The notes beneath the pieces are model-generated. The model searched no databases and was not told where the DNA came from. It saw only the letters and a program-made list of their open reading frames with translations. This document shows positions 13,015-26,234 of a DNA stretch of 64,000 nucleotides, piece after piece. A program made the position numbers and the translations under genes. Source of the stretch: Negaprion brevirostris (lineage: Eukaryota); the NCBI GenBank assembly GCA_030324005.1, contig JARDVH010000073.1, positions 80,449,127-80,513,126 on the forward strand, written 5' to 3'. Every line of letters begins with the position of its first letter. Positions within the stretch are counted from its first letter, which is position 1.

Positions 13015-14559
13015 AAAGAAAAAGGATATAAATATAACCGACCATTCACTACAGATAACTGGTCAAATGAAGTTGTCACCTGGCCTTCAGCCTAAGATTA
13101 TTGACTTAGGTCAAAATAACTTATTTTAAATCTGTGACTCATTGGCAAGAGTTCTGAGGGCAATGTAAATTATACAGCATCCTGCCTCAAAAATAACCTT
13201 GATATGTAGGAGAGACAAGCAACAAAAATGATTCTAGGGTACAAATGACAAAATTAGATCTGTAGTAACTGGAAAAAGATTAAACCTGATAAAATATTTT
13301 AAAATGACGAAGCCTGATGACGATTGATGTAACCAGGGTGGAGTGGCTGCCTTGAAAAGATGTGGGAGTCTCACGGGATAAAATGGCTGGGCGTGAGATA
13401 CAATAACATGCACTATGAACAATTCATAGAAACACTTGACAAATCTCCAGATTTCCCATAATACCAATCCACACTTGCATATAACAATATTACAGACTCT
13501 CAAAACATGTCAAATCTCAAATAAAACAACAGAGTAAATTCTGTCCCCATACAGAGCAGCAACTTTGAGAAATGGAATGAATTACTTTCGGTGACAGCCT
13601 GTGGTGACTAACACCTTTTATAATGAGGGTTAAATGAATGTTTGGCTACAACAGGGTTTGAAGACAAAACAGCCACTGTAAATATCAAACACAACATGGA
13701 AAGACTATGGTTTCAGTTATGATATGACCATATGAATATAACTTTTGAAAACAGTACTAAAATTGTTGGGTTAATTCTAGAGTTTCACTAAATTGTGTCT
13801 CGTTGGAAGGAGTCGGAATATTTGCACAGTTTTCTTTTCTTGGAAGTTTTACCCATTCCTTTCATTATATTCAGTAATTTGGAGCGAGCCCCTATTGCGT
13901 CCATTCCTTTGAGCAGATTGCATCGACTGGGCTTCTGCTTCTGTTGCATGATTTATAGTCTTTTACTCTACAAATATTTGAGCTCATCTTTTCAAATATC
14001 ACTGCAATTTAATATAGTGCTGTTGTCTGGTTTACAAAGTAGGGATCAGGGACTGTGGTGAAGGACAACTAATCATTGATTAAAATATAATTGTTTTCAA
14101 AATACATTTAGCATTGAAATCTCAAATGCAAAGTGAAAAATATTAATAAGTATGACCACTTAGACACCTGTAGATATTAATAAAACTAATGAAGTTTAAG
14201 CAACTCAGATCTGACCAGATCATCTTTGTTGAATTTCTATATCACTAAAGTATGGCGTTATCAGAAGATATCAAAGGTTTAGTGAAGATTTAACTTTTGA
14301 GTTGCTGACAAAAAAGCCTGAAGTGTAACTATGAAATATATTATCGATACACTATTACTTTACTAAATGATATATCATCACTTATGCAGTATTGATAGGG
14401 CATTGCAGAATTATAGTCTCCATTGTCATGTTATTATAGAAAAATGCACCATTGAAGATGAGATCAGTAAGATGAGGAATGAGCTAAAAGGAAATGTTTT
14501 AAAAGCTCAATGTCGNNNNNNNNNNNNNNNNNNNNNNNNNNNNNTAATCACACAGAAGA

Positions 14560-14790
14560 TTTAGTTGAGGGAAATCCTGAATATTACTTTAAAGTAAGGT
14601 AACATACTGAGCAGAGATCATAAATATAAACCAGTGAAAAAAAAGTTTCAAACAGATGGCAGAGGGATCTTCACACATAGGGCGATAAATGTTTAGAACA
14701 ATATATTGGGTAGAAGAGTAGCAATATAACCTTTGGGGCATTTAAAATTTAGTTGATTTCTGGGACCGAAAAAGTCTATAACCTAATTAA
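14560..14790 (+). mobile_element. Old CR1 3'-end fragment
   Basis: TTCACACATAGGGCGATAAATGTTTAGAAC resembles the CR1 FFTQRVVNVWN motif, followed by TTTAAAATTTAGTTGAT (FKxxLD-like). Confidence 0.45.
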
Positions 14791-17719
14791 TGCATTGCAC
14801 ACTTCCCCCTTACTTATCTTTTCCCTAGGCTACAGGCACTGAACTTCTTGTAATTCTCACCTTGCTCCTCTTCTACCTTGAATTACTTCTGTTGCTCTTT
14901 TCATTCTTTTTGGCAAGCTTAATGACCCTCAAGCACTGGACAATGCATGGCAACCAGAATTGTAATGCTAAATGGATAAACTTTTGTGAACTCTGTCTTT
15001 TGCTCATTCTTGAATCAATTTGGATATTTCTGGCTTTTTTCCTGAATCTTTCCAGAATATATTCACGAATAAATAGTTTTATTTGTTTCCCTCTGCTGCT
15101 GGTTTATTGAAGCAGCATATTTGGCCAGAAGTGAAGACCCAAATGACACCACTAGAACCTGTCAAAGAAATGCCTTAAGTAAAGCCAGGCTGCACTTAGT
15201 CCAAATTATCTCTGTTTAATGTAGAGTATAAGAACACAATGAACTATACAACTCTGAATTACTATTTCCCTGCGAAGGAACATAGACTAGCCTATGGAGT
15301 GAAAATCAGAGCACATGGTTAAAATCTATTTTTAAACATTTAGTAAATGACCAGAAATGGCATGTTAACAATGTGGGTTATTGTTCACGTAAATTTTGAT
15401 GTAGAGTATTAACCTGTATTGAAAAGCATTCAGAGGAAATGGAGGTACTTCTAAAGGCTGGTGATTTAATGGATTGAATGAGCAACATCACATATTTTAG
15501 GCTTCTCCAAAGCAGGGTGAGAACTAACATTTTGAAGCTAGAGAGCAAGTTTTCTGCATGTGTATTCCTGATAGCAACTTTTGCTATTTGAAGTTCTGTA
15601 TCAACACATATCATGAAGCTTTTGATTATTAAAATGAATGGATAGAAAATCATGGTTTGTATGTCTACATTTTTCCAATATGCACAATGATAGAGGAGGT
15701 TCCATCCTAGGAATGTGCAGTCAGAAAACTTAACCTTTCACAACAATTTTAATGAAACCACAACAAGCCTGAGCGAGTCAATGCTATGAGTGTAAGAAAT
15801 TAAGTCCAGCNNNNNNNNNNCTTTCAATATGCATCCTGCATTCAAATAAAACTCAGTGATGGGATAAAAGTCTCTCTTTTCTATTCACTTAAGGGTCCAT
15901 CATATGAAGTAAGTTTAGGTTGTATTTATCTTATTAACATGGGATCGTAGTACAAAATTTCATATAATAGGAGGCAGCAAATTGACAATATCACAATCCA
16001 TAAAAAAGATTCCCTTGTGAACATGCCAATGTGATTCCACAAACTATGGGCAATTTTTTTGCTGCGGTCACTTGGTACAGTTGAGGGAATACTATACCTG
16101 ACTGGTACCGTGATGGCACAAGGAAATTGATGCCCAAAATTTAAGACTTTTCATTTCTCGGCACTAAAACAAAATTTACAACAAAAAAAATGCTGTTGAA
16201 AAGTTGCTTTGTAAGCAGATCTATAATCGTAGCTGAAATAAAGAGTCTCCAACCTGCCTACTTTCCTGTGACCTACACTCTGCTTGTTGTTACACTCTAA
16301 TAGCAAGGCTTAAATTAAGAATTCAATGTCTGAGGAACTGTAGGTGTGACTCATGCCATAGCACCTCATGTAATTCACCTGTCTCTTCTTTGCTATGATA
16401 TTCAATATGAATAGCATGCATTCTTTGTCTATGCTTACTGCAATTCGCCATTTACTGTCTCATGATGTAATGCTATATATCACCTTCTCTTATTCGGACT
16501 GTGATTAGACCATTTTGACACCAGATATTAAATGAGCCAAAGGAATTATTTATTTTTCGAGAGCTCTAGATCTATGTTCGGTGCCCTTAAGGCTGCCACC
16601 CCAATTATACTGTGCCAAATATGCAATAATGGCCATTTTATACTCAGCGAAACAATGCTACTTTACACATACCTGATTATAATGTAAAACTGCACAACAT
16701 TTGCATGGAAATGATCTAAAGGGTTACATTGGAGAATATTTATAGGAATGGTAATACAATATTTTAAAATTTCTATTAGTTGTCTTTCGGAATTCTAGGC
16801 CAATACTGTATGAACACTGGGATTTCTGCAAGCAAATCCTTTGGGAATTTTGTTTGTCCCAATATGGTAGTTCTATAAGCCCTGGATAAAGAAGAACCAA
16901 GTTAAAATACTGTGTAAACCAGACATTGTCCACTTAAAAACCACCTCTAAAAATCCAAAATCCATTAATATCTTATTTTTCATAACCAAACTGTGCATTT
17001 TAAAAAGTGCAGAGAAAATCACCCATGCATTAAGGGCATGGCTGAGTACTTATTTTGTGTGCACAAAAACACACTTTATATAGTTACAGACACACAAACA
17101 CACACAGAGAGACGCACACAGATTTTAAGTTCCTGTTTTTCTTGATTTTCCCTCCCCCCTCACTACTTTGACTGAGATCGGTGAAATGGGTGTCTTTAGA
17201 ACCGCTAGCATCTACACCTGCACCGGAACACTACAAATGTCAGCTTATTCCGGGGGAAAAAAAGTACAAGTTTGTTTTCTCGATGCAGCGACTTCCTTTA
17301 CTATTGGAAGAACGGTTTGCTTTTTTTTGTCACAGGAAAATAAAAACTAAAAAATATTTTATCATTATAATTANNNNNNNNNNAAAATCTAAGCCACGTG
17401 ACAACTGGCCACAGACTCCTCAGACACAGAAAATGAATTATGCCACTACCAAAACATGTGGGAATTTTTAGGGGGGAGGGAGGAGTGTTGAAGCACTGGT
17501 GGATATGACCTCTTGACTAAAAAAAATGTTCCTGGCAGCTCAATGCTATTCAGTCCATGGCATATGGATTGGCTGCTGGGCTCCCAGAGTGTTGACTGAG
17601 TGATCCATGACTTCAGTCCACGTGCTTCATTGTGCATACTTAAAATGTCAAGGTTAATCAGATGTTGTCTTCTTGTCTTACGTCAGTTGTTTTTCCCTCT
17701 CTTTTGATTTGGTGAATAA

Positions 17720-17824
17720 TCATGCCTTGAGTTGGTGCCACTGAGCCACAGCATGTCGTGGCCGCCCAATCATATCCTTCCAATGCTTGACTTCTCCAGG
17801 TCCACTCTTCCAAGACAAGTATCT
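17720..17824 (-). CDS. SYT7: Synaptotagmin-7 last coding exon ([R][33 protein letters not shown]-stop)
   Basis: Has the synaptotagmin C-terminal WHxL motif and TGA at 17722-17720. Acceptor ccccAG at 17826-17825 abuts an N gap. The first codon reads AGA where Ile is expected. Confidence 0.93.
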   Translation of the reverse strand, partial: RYLSWKSGPGEVKHWKDMIGRPRHAVAQWHQLKA

Positions 17825-19370
17825 CTGGGGNNNNNNNNNNNNNNNNNNNNNNNNNNNNNNNNNNNNNNNNNNNNNNNNNNNNNNNNNNNNNNNNNNNNNN
17901 NNNNNNNNNNNNNNNNNNNNNNNNNNNNNNAGACAAAAATCATGCATCAGTTTCACATTTTTAAACAACAAGTCATTTGTTTTAAGTTCTAAATTTGATC
18001 CCTATTTGCTGAAAACATCAAGAAACATCTCCACATGCCAAGGCAAGAGTACGACAACCACTATTGAGGTTTAGATTGGAGACAGGACCAGCGGTGGCCT
18101 GATACGGTGACCCTTTTCTTTTAGCCTCTTCCACAGAAATAGGACAATTGGTCCATTTTTCTGATCAAAAGCCAATGGAAATTGGACAGATACATTCAAA
18201 GTCACACAAGGCTGCTATTCACATTAAAGATGTTCATTTTGTAGATGGTAAGGTTTGCTTAGTTAGGGCTCTTGCTGCACACATTGTATTCATAGGGATT
18301 AATAACAATGGACAATAATTACCATGGCAGACTGGTGGCCGCCAGCCTTGCACAAATTTGGGCCGGATCATTTTAAACTGGAATATTTGAAATTAGGCCT
18401 GTGCTGAATCAAATATCAAATATATCTTTGTACATCCCTCTTTTCTCACTACACTGAAGGCTGAATTTAGAAAATTACAGGTGGAAATTTCCATTCCAGA
18501 GATGTGAATGTGGACAGGGGTGGGGGGGCGTTGTTTGTTGGCAGCCTACTGCCTGCTGGTGGGAAATCGCACATTTAAATGTCACATGAACACACTTTAC
18601 ACCCACCAAAGTATCAAAGACAACAGCAGCCTGCCTCCACCTTTGCTGTCAGGGATGCAACAAGACATAGCAGTAGGGTTAGAAAAATAACAGAATGTTT
18701 ACATTATTTCTGGGTCTCGGTGTTCAATCACTATATATCAGGCCCCTTTGTAAATACATTTGCTGTTCATGAGAATGGTCTCATTATTTGAAAGTGTTGT
18801 AGCATATGCATCTGTCTACCCTCTTAGTTCGAGGGTGAACGATGCTCCCACTCAATGATCACCTCCCTTTTTGAGCCTCATATTCATGTGACATGTAGCT
18901 GAGTCGTGATACCCACCCTTGAGTCCTCAGGGAGATGTGTCAAACACTTTACTGGAAACTTAAAATGTGTTAGTAACCTGTACTGGCTACCCATAGCCTT
19001 GGAGAGTTAGCTGTAATTGTTTCTAAGAATGAGATGGCTGTCTTCATTGATTAATGTCAAAGCACAAGAAGCTGTAAGGATCTGTCTCAACATGTGTGCA
19101 TCTCAGTGTCTGCTAAACGTTCCTCCATTAAGGTTGTGAAAAATGCAAGAAATCCTTTGACACAGCAATTGCATTCTGCTGACTTCCACTTCCGAGTGCA
19201 GGGATACTGGGTTCATTACTGACCTTTCCAAAAATTAAGATCTGGTAAGTCATGAGGATTCATGCTTAATTTGCTCTCAATATCACCTACAAAGACCTTT
19301 CACTCCATTGGCATGGTACTAAGGGGGAGAAGAAATGTAGCTGTGTCCCATTGTCTGCACCTTAATTCTT

Positions 19371-20560
19371 CTAGAAACTTGTGGTTATCAATGTAGCACA
19401 GGTCTGTCTTGCTTCTTTGATGGCATCCTCACCTGCAAGTTGACCCTCATCTCCCTCTTTAGGTTTCTGACCTTCCCATTTTTCTTCATCTGAGGAGCTC
19501 TCAGCCTCCTCCATGTTTCCCTCTGAAAAGGGATCCTCTCCCTTTNNNNNNNNNNCAACAGCCCACAATGCGAGCCACTCTCTGTGGACAGAACTGCAGA
19601 ATCCCACCTGAGTGGGTTAAATATCGGAATTGCATATTCAGGATGCTAACATTTTGTTTGATGATGGATCATGTCAAGCTATGAACCAGATTTTATCTCC
19701 CCTCTGAGACACTCTCAGGCTGACATATGGGTGTTATGTGCCATATTTGAGCAAGTACCTCTTATCCCCAAGCAGACAGCCTTGTAATCTTGAGGCCCTT
19801 CTAATATTTGAGGCACTTGGGAGTGTCTCAGGATGTATGAGTCATGAGAACTCCCAGATAGAAGGCATAATTGTGCATAACATAGTTCTGATGATCACAC
19901 AGCAGTTTAACATTCAGGGAATGGAAACCTTTCCTGTTAATAAACATCAGGGGTTGCTGCCATTGAGTTCTCAAAGCCAGATGTGTGCAAGCAATTGCAC
20001 AGTACACTCTTGGGAAGCCTGAGATTGCAGCAAACCCCAGAGATCCAGCAGCCCAGCTGGCTTCATCACGCAGCAACCTTACATAATGATGAGCCTTACT
20101 GTAGAGGGCATCTGTCACCTTCTTGATACATTTGTGTATTGAGGATTGAGAAGCCGTATTGGTTCCAGTGGATCTCTGAAATAACCTGCAGGCAAATAAA
20201 TTGAGAATGGCAATGCCCTTCAAGGGTAAGGGTAGAGAATGTCTTCCCAGTCCAGGAGGCATTGTATCTTCCCGCAGAATGTGGCAGATATGATCCACCA
20301 CATCCCTGGACAAGCACAGACTAGCGCAGCATTGTCTTGTATTCATCTCCAGATGGGAAAGTGTTCTTCAGTAGATCCTCAGTTGTGCACGTCATCTTCA
20401 CAGGATGGGTCTAATTTCCTCATCCTCTTGTTCTTATCAGGGCCACCTACGCTATGGACATCATGCCGGGCCTCCTCCCAAAGCCTGGCTAGTCAGCATC
20501 AGGCCCTTCTGCTTAATCAGCTCACTGCCATCTATGTGGCAGCATTGAGCATGGGCTCCA
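19371..20560 (-). pseudogene. Decayed PIF/Harbinger DDE transposase (HARBI1-like)
   Basis: ORF 19828-20346 contains SQSSIHKCIKKVTDAL, GFAAISGFPRVYCAIACTH and FINRKGFHSLNVKLLCD. Downstream frameshifted GDKRY and IIKQNVSILNMQFRYL motifs. Catalytic D (AIDxTH) and E are substituted; stops and frameshifts present. The element may extend ~18480-22646, where TIR-like ends occur. Confidence 0.88.
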
Positions 20561-22819
20561 TTACTCAATCCTCCTTTTCCCTGTGGACTGATAGATGTAA
20601 CAGATTAATGAATAACCAAGATACCTACCCTGATACCTGCGGTTGGAAGAGGTTTGGATGCATTCATGAAATGTGTCATCTCACAAAAGCACTCCAGCAA
20701 TCTCTGGTCTGGTTCAGTGATTAAGCTCAACCTGTACTTCAGCAATGACTGAATGCCTTCTGACCTGTTAGCATGCCAATTGGAGAAAGAGGTTTTCATT
20801 GATGATCTGGCAGATGCAGCTTCCCTAATGGTTGCCTGAATTTTCCATTCTCACATACATCTCTGTTAATGCCCAAATGAAGCCAGTGGCTCCTGCAGTC
20901 TCTCATTAAAGTTCAACAAAAGGCAGTGGCTCCAATTGCACCTTCTCAAGGAATCCTTCCTCTTGTCTCAGCTCTGACTCTGTTTCAATGTTGAGAGTCA
21001 TAGCAGTTCAAGGTTGCCTCTGAAAGGGCCCCTTAGACTAACTGTGGACTCCTTCCACATTGCCTCAGACCCCTCCTTGCAGAATCTTTTCCAGTTTGTT
21101 TTAATAATCCCTGGCAGTGTCCCAGTCTTCCTGGAACCTCATGATCTTCCTCCGGTTATTCTCCAGCCATCCCAGGACCTGGACCTCACTATAACTGTGG
21201 TGGATGTTCCAGCCCTCACCAGTGAACCCATCACTGTTGATGTTCCTGTACTCCATGTGGACCTCATCCCTCCCAAGCTTGAGGCTATGTACACAGTCAC
21301 ATGAAGAATCTCCCTGGGAGACCTTTGAATAGCAACCTGCTCTCTTTATTACCTTTTCCCATTTACAGGCTGTAATTGACTTCCCTAACCATGACGATCA
21401 CATCTGCAGCCCAGTTTCAAGGCAGACAAAGCTGTGGCTNNNNNNNNNNNNNNNNNNNNNNNNNNNNNNNNNNNNNNNNNNNNNNNNNNNNNNNNNNNNN
21501 NNNNNNNNNNNNNNNNNNNNNNNNNNNNNNNNNNNNNNNACAAAGCTGTGGCTACTGACTGTAAGACAATGATCACATCCAACACACCAATCTGTGCCTT
21601 ATCCCTTGTCCTCCTCGGAGCAGGTCTATGATGTGCATGCCATGCATAGTCCTGCATCATGACCCACAAAGCCCAGAATTGCCTTTAATCTCTCACTCTG
21701 ATTGTAAGGATCCACCTTTAGTCTCCCATTCTGACCTCTTAGTCCTAGACCAGAGACTCTGACTGTCTTTCAATGAGTTTTCCCATTCCTTCATGACTGA
21801 TCATATGATCACAACACCTGCTCCTTTCCACCCATGCCCACCCCACACCCACCATTGGGTCTCTGTGCAACCCATCCTTTTTCTATCACACTAACACAAT
21901 CCATCCAGCCTACCCCATTCCGGAGTTACGTGCATCTGCTCCCATTCATATAGTTTGATTCCCATCCACCATCTCCTGTGTCCGAGTTTCAGTCTTCCAC
22001 GTTTAGCTCCAGCTTCCCCATCCTCTGACTCCCACTCCCCCATCACTGCAACTCCACTGTCCCTCACATCCTTGTCATCGTTGTCCTTCACTAACTCCAA
22101 CATACCACACTGATTCCCATGTCTCTATCGCCCTTTTCACCATCCATGCCACAAGTTGTAATGCTGATTTCGGAGTGCATCTCTGTCCAAGACCCGCAGT
22201 ACACATTGAGTGCTGTCCTCCCAGGGTATGGAGGCACCCATTATGAGCTGTGGTGTCACATTGGCATTGCTCAGAACCAGGGGCAGTGCTGTTACAGGTA
22301 GGCTTTGAATGTTGCACTCATCTCAAAGTCACGAGTGAAGTGAGGGTTCACAGCTGCACACTACTCATACCTGGTTGAGATTTAGTCTAGTTTAATTTCC
22401 CACTGCATTGGCATGTGATTGGGAGTAGGAATGCATTTTAATGAGTATTCATTCCATGCTAATACATGTTCCCAATATGGATCAGCGGAAACTGCACCCT
22501 TCATATAAGCCCACCATGAAAGCGATAAGGGGAAAATTCCAAATTAATTTCCATTTGGCAAGATTCCAACATTTGACCTCTCTGAATTTTTTGCTTCCAC
22601 CTGCCATGAAACATGCCGCTGGAAAGATCAGAACATTCTACAGCATTGAGGCCATGCTGGAATTGGAGAGTTGCTATCTATGGGGAAACTTAGGTGGGAA
22701 TAAAGGGTTTCATGGCATCTCTCCCAGTGTCCTTGCCATCCAACACAAGTGAAATAGGTCATTTAGAAATCAACTTATTGCTATCTGTAGGACCTTGCTG
22801 TGTCCAGGTTGGCATACAG

Positions 22820-23985
22820 TAACGGTGATGGTGTCACTAGTTCAATAGAACATGGTACAGGATAGGGTGATGGATCTAATTTAGGGATAAGTAGAAATCT
22901 GTGGATGGTGAAAGATAGACAGCTGTTCAATACAACGGTGAGTTTTATGGTGATAAAGGTTTCAGTGAAAGATTACCTTAGGCAGGGGTGGAAGTTAAAT
23001 CAATTGTGTTTTTTGGGGGGGGTTAAAAGTATATTGGTTTGGAAACAAAAACAGAAAATGCTGGATCAGCGGGTCTGACAGCATCTGTGGAGAGAGAATA
23101 GAGCTAATATTTCAAGTGAGGTTGCCCCTTCGTCAGAGCTGATAGGTTCAGAAGTTCAGTCTGAAGTTGAACAGGATGCTGATTGGTTCAGTCTGAGACA
23201 GTAGCTGAGGAGGGGGATGGAATCAATTCTCCCAATGTTGAACTAGAACTAATAGTGGTTCCTCTAAGGCTGGATAAGTATTCTGACAATGCTGAGTCAG
23301 TGGAGAGGTGAGGAAGGTGGTGAAGAGGTAGAATTGGATATCAGTGATGTCCATATGGAAGATCCATTTTCTTGAATTATGTCACAAATTGTGTTAATTC
23401 ATGCAGCACACGAATTAAGAAGAGGTGGGAGCTGAGACAGCTCACCACTACATTCTCAAGGGCACTTAGGGATGAGCAAAGCTAGCAATACCAATATCCC
23501 ATGAATGAATATTGAAAAAAAAAGAGTAAACAGCGAGGGGATGGAAACAAAATCTAACAGCAAGCATTCTTTAGCTACCATTGTACAGATAAGTAGTACA
23601 GCTAACAATGGAACCAAGTGAAGGCAACTCCACCAAGCTGAAAAAAAAGGAAAAGCATGAGGAATAATGGATGGTCAACAGGGTGGAAGGTAGCAGAGGC
23701 AAAGGAGAACAAGTAAACAAAAATGCATTGTATTCGCCAATGATGTCACTTGTGACTTGAGGCTATTTTGGTGCTGTGACAGGGATGAACATTTGATTGG
23801 TGAGATTTAAATACAGTGTTGTAAAAGGTCACATACTTTGAAGATGACAACATAATCCAGAACTCTGGAGGAGAAAGGAAGTTTGTAGGTGGAGCAGTTA
23901 TTTACAAAGCCTGAGGGCTCGAGGATGGATTTTTCTGAGATTGGAGTGATGACACTGATTTTGATGCCGGAAACTGAAATTATTT
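22820..23985 (-). mobile_element. L2-clade LINE internal fragments
   Basis: Purine-rich plus strand with GGAGAGAAAGGAAGTTTGTAGGTGGAGCAGTTATT (reverse of the NYxPISxLPFLSKVLE-like RT motif; ORF 23807-24019 reads TYKLPFSSRVLD). Confidence 0.55.
23041..23140 (-). mobile_element. Penelope pseudo-LTR fragment carrying a minimal type I hammerhead ribozyme motif (23102-23140)
   Basis: Minus strand reads AGCT-CTGACGA-AGGGGCAACCTCACTT-GAAA-TATT-AGCT, then CTATTCTCTCTCCACAGATGCTGTCAGACC as in the 3128/5838 termini. Confidence 0.7.
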
Positions 23986-24598
23986 CCCATGCTTCTTTGA
24001 GTTGTGGTAAAGTTTCCATTTTGATGTCTTCAACAGCTCAGAATGTTCCAATTATGATGTATTTGCCTGGTAACAACAAGACCCAGAACTAACAAAGACA
24101 ATGATGGGATTCAATCTACACAGAGACAATGGAGAATCTGCCAGCAGCCCACATTCAAAGCAGCTGATGAGATGCATCCTTTTTCCAATGATGTGATTAG
24201 CAGACAGCTAGATAAGATCAGATGTAAATGGCTGTGTCATCAGGAAGTAGATAACCGAGATGTCTGTGCGATCAGGCGAGGCATACAGATGCTAATATTT
24301 GAAGGTCCAAGAAGGTAGGAGAGATAGATGGCCCCATGTACGGTGAGCAAAATCAAAAAGAGCCAGGATATAATTGACAACTCCTGCAGATCATTAATGC
24401 AGACACCTTTGTAAAGGCAGTTTACCCATCTTCAGGGAACCAAGCAAAGATGATTCCTACACTGGATCACCCTCCCTGTATTGTGTGGTAACTATAGCCT
24501 GGATTTGGCTTTGATTTAAGGTGGATGTTGTTTGGGAACAGAGAAATCTTACTGAGTTGAAGTATTGGGGATAAAGTTTGGAATAAGGGCTATTTCTA

Positions 24599-24893
24599 GG
24601 GGCAGCAGAGTAGTTAGCACTGCTGCCTCACAGCGCCAGGGACTGGGTTTGATTCCCACCTTGGGTTACTGTTTGCAAATTCTCCTCATGTCTGCGTGGG
24701 TTCCTCCAGGTGTTCTGGTTTCCTCCCACACTCCAGAGATGTGCAGGTTAGGTGGACTGGCCATGCTAAATTGCCCCTTAATGTCAGGGGGAACTAGCTA
24801 GGGTAAATGCATGGAGTTACGGGGATAAGGCATAGGTGGGATTGTGGTGGGACAAATGGCCTCCTTCTGCACTGTATGATTCAATAATTCTAT
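24599..24893 (+). mobile_element. HE1-like V-SINE
   Basis: tRNA-like head GTTAGCACTGCTGCCTCACAGCGCCAGGGAC..GGGTTTGATTCC, V-domain, tail AAATGGCCTCCTTCTGCACTGTATGATTC. Confidence 0.88.
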
Positions 24894-25213
24894 ACATAAA
24901 ACTGTATGTGTATTACTCCAGGATTTAAATGTCTTATTGAATTATAGTCCTCTTTATGTGTATTTGTCTTTTCTTTATATTAATACATTGCCATTAGTAA
25001 TTGGTACAGTACAACTGGGCTGCTTATTCTCTTGGTTTCATTTGACTCCTCACACTGTTTCAAAAAACAATAATAGACACCACCACAAACCAACATCTCA
25101 CGTTGGGACGTCCTCGCAGATTACATCAGTGTGGTTCATGACACAACTTATAAGAGAAGCATTGACAAATTATGTAGATTATTAAACTGTAATCAAATTG
25201 GTCACATTAAAAT

Positions 25214-25288
25214 AAGAACATAAGAACATAAGAAATAGGAGCAGGAGTAGGCTATCTAGCCCTTTGAGCCTGCCCCGCCATTCAATAA
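25214..25288 (-). mobile_element. CR1 LINE 3' tail running into an assembly gap
   Basis: AAGAACATAAGAACATAAGAAATAGGAGCAGGAGTAGGC, almost identical to 57622-57700. Confidence 0.8.
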
Positions 25289-25546
25289 NNNNNNNNNNNN
25301 NNNNNNNNNNNNNNNNNNNNNNNNNNNNNNNNNNNNNNNNNNNNNNNNNNNNNNNNNNNNNNNNNNNNNNNNNNNNNNNNNNNNNNNNTGGTTCCGGGAC
25401 ATCAGTGGTTTTCTCACTGTGAGGTTGAGAAACAGCTCATTGGATACACTTTTACCCACTTCATGTGAAGCCAAGACTGTGACATCAATCTTAGGACCCA
25501 GTTAAAACAATACATCAATTAACATCAGTTGGTATTTTGTACGAAC

Positions 25547-25746
25547 CTTTCCAATAACATCGTTTCTGCTCAGCTTGTCTTTATCCATCACAGTGATAAT
25601 AATAGTTGTCTCTCGCAATATCTCCGTCGGTACATCAAACACAAAAGACTCATTAAAGATGGGGTTTAAACACCTCTTCATCACAACTGTCTTCTTCTTT
25701 TCCACTTTCTTGTCTTTGTACATAAGCCAAACTTTGACATATGGAT
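25547..25746 (-). CDS. SYT7: Synaptotagmin-7 coding exon (C2B: [35 protein letters not shown]...[14 protein letters not shown])
   Basis: Acceptor cttgcAG at 25748-25747, donor GTTCGT from 25546. 200 nt, phase 1 in and phase 0 out. Polybasic KKVEKKK patch and DKDKLSRND loop are present. Confidence 0.97.
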
Positions 25747-26234
25747 CTGCAAGAAAGGCAAACCATAAAGGACACAAAGTAATTAGTCTCAGTTATTTAT
25801 CTTGGTAATAGTCAAAACATGGCATCTGTATTGAGTGCTGATGTCTTCTTGATATAGCGATTGAGGAAGACAAACATAATACTGAGGAAATGCATTCAAA
25901 ATCAGAGCAGTATGACCTATTCCTTCGTAAATGAAAAGTGCATCCCAATTATGTTAATCAATGTAAAGGGAACCTCTCTTTCACATCTGGAGTCTATGTT
26001 AAACCCAATTGGGACTAAAAATTGTTTATGTTGAATGCCATTGCTTAACGGGTCTAGCAGCAATGAATTTGGACTACCTCAACTCAGAGTTGGTAGTTTC
26101 AAAATCATTCATTTTAGTGTGACTGGGGCCATTTGGAAAAAAAAAGTACACAAGGACAATCATCTCCAGGGTAAAAAGGGGAATACTGGTAAGACAGTAA
26201 AATATAAAAATATATACTGACCAGTATTGAGTCG

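Larger units (their letters stand above)
11750..17719 (-). other. SYT7: Probable long SYT7 3' UTR (3' end not defined)
   Basis: Follows the stop codon directly. AT-rich and U-rich on the transcribed strand, largely free of young SINE/LINE copies. Candidate minus-strand AATAAA at 16548-16553, 15103-15108, 15078-15083 and 11883-11888. Confidence 0.5.

Noticed and set aside
19828-20346. Domesticated HARBI1 gene
   Set aside because: Catalytic residues substituted, frameshifts and stops on both sides, no exon structure; a dead transposon copy.
21420-21560. Direct repeats flanking 100-N gaps (also 48260-48422)
   Set aside because: Near-identical sequence on both sides of placeholder gaps suggests contig overlap or a collapsed tandem, not a reliable biological structure.
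24599-24670. tRNA genes at SINE heads (also 32800, 34150-34221, 60300-60376, 63110)
   Set aside because: A/B-box heads run into SINE bodies and tails; no complete cloverleaf.
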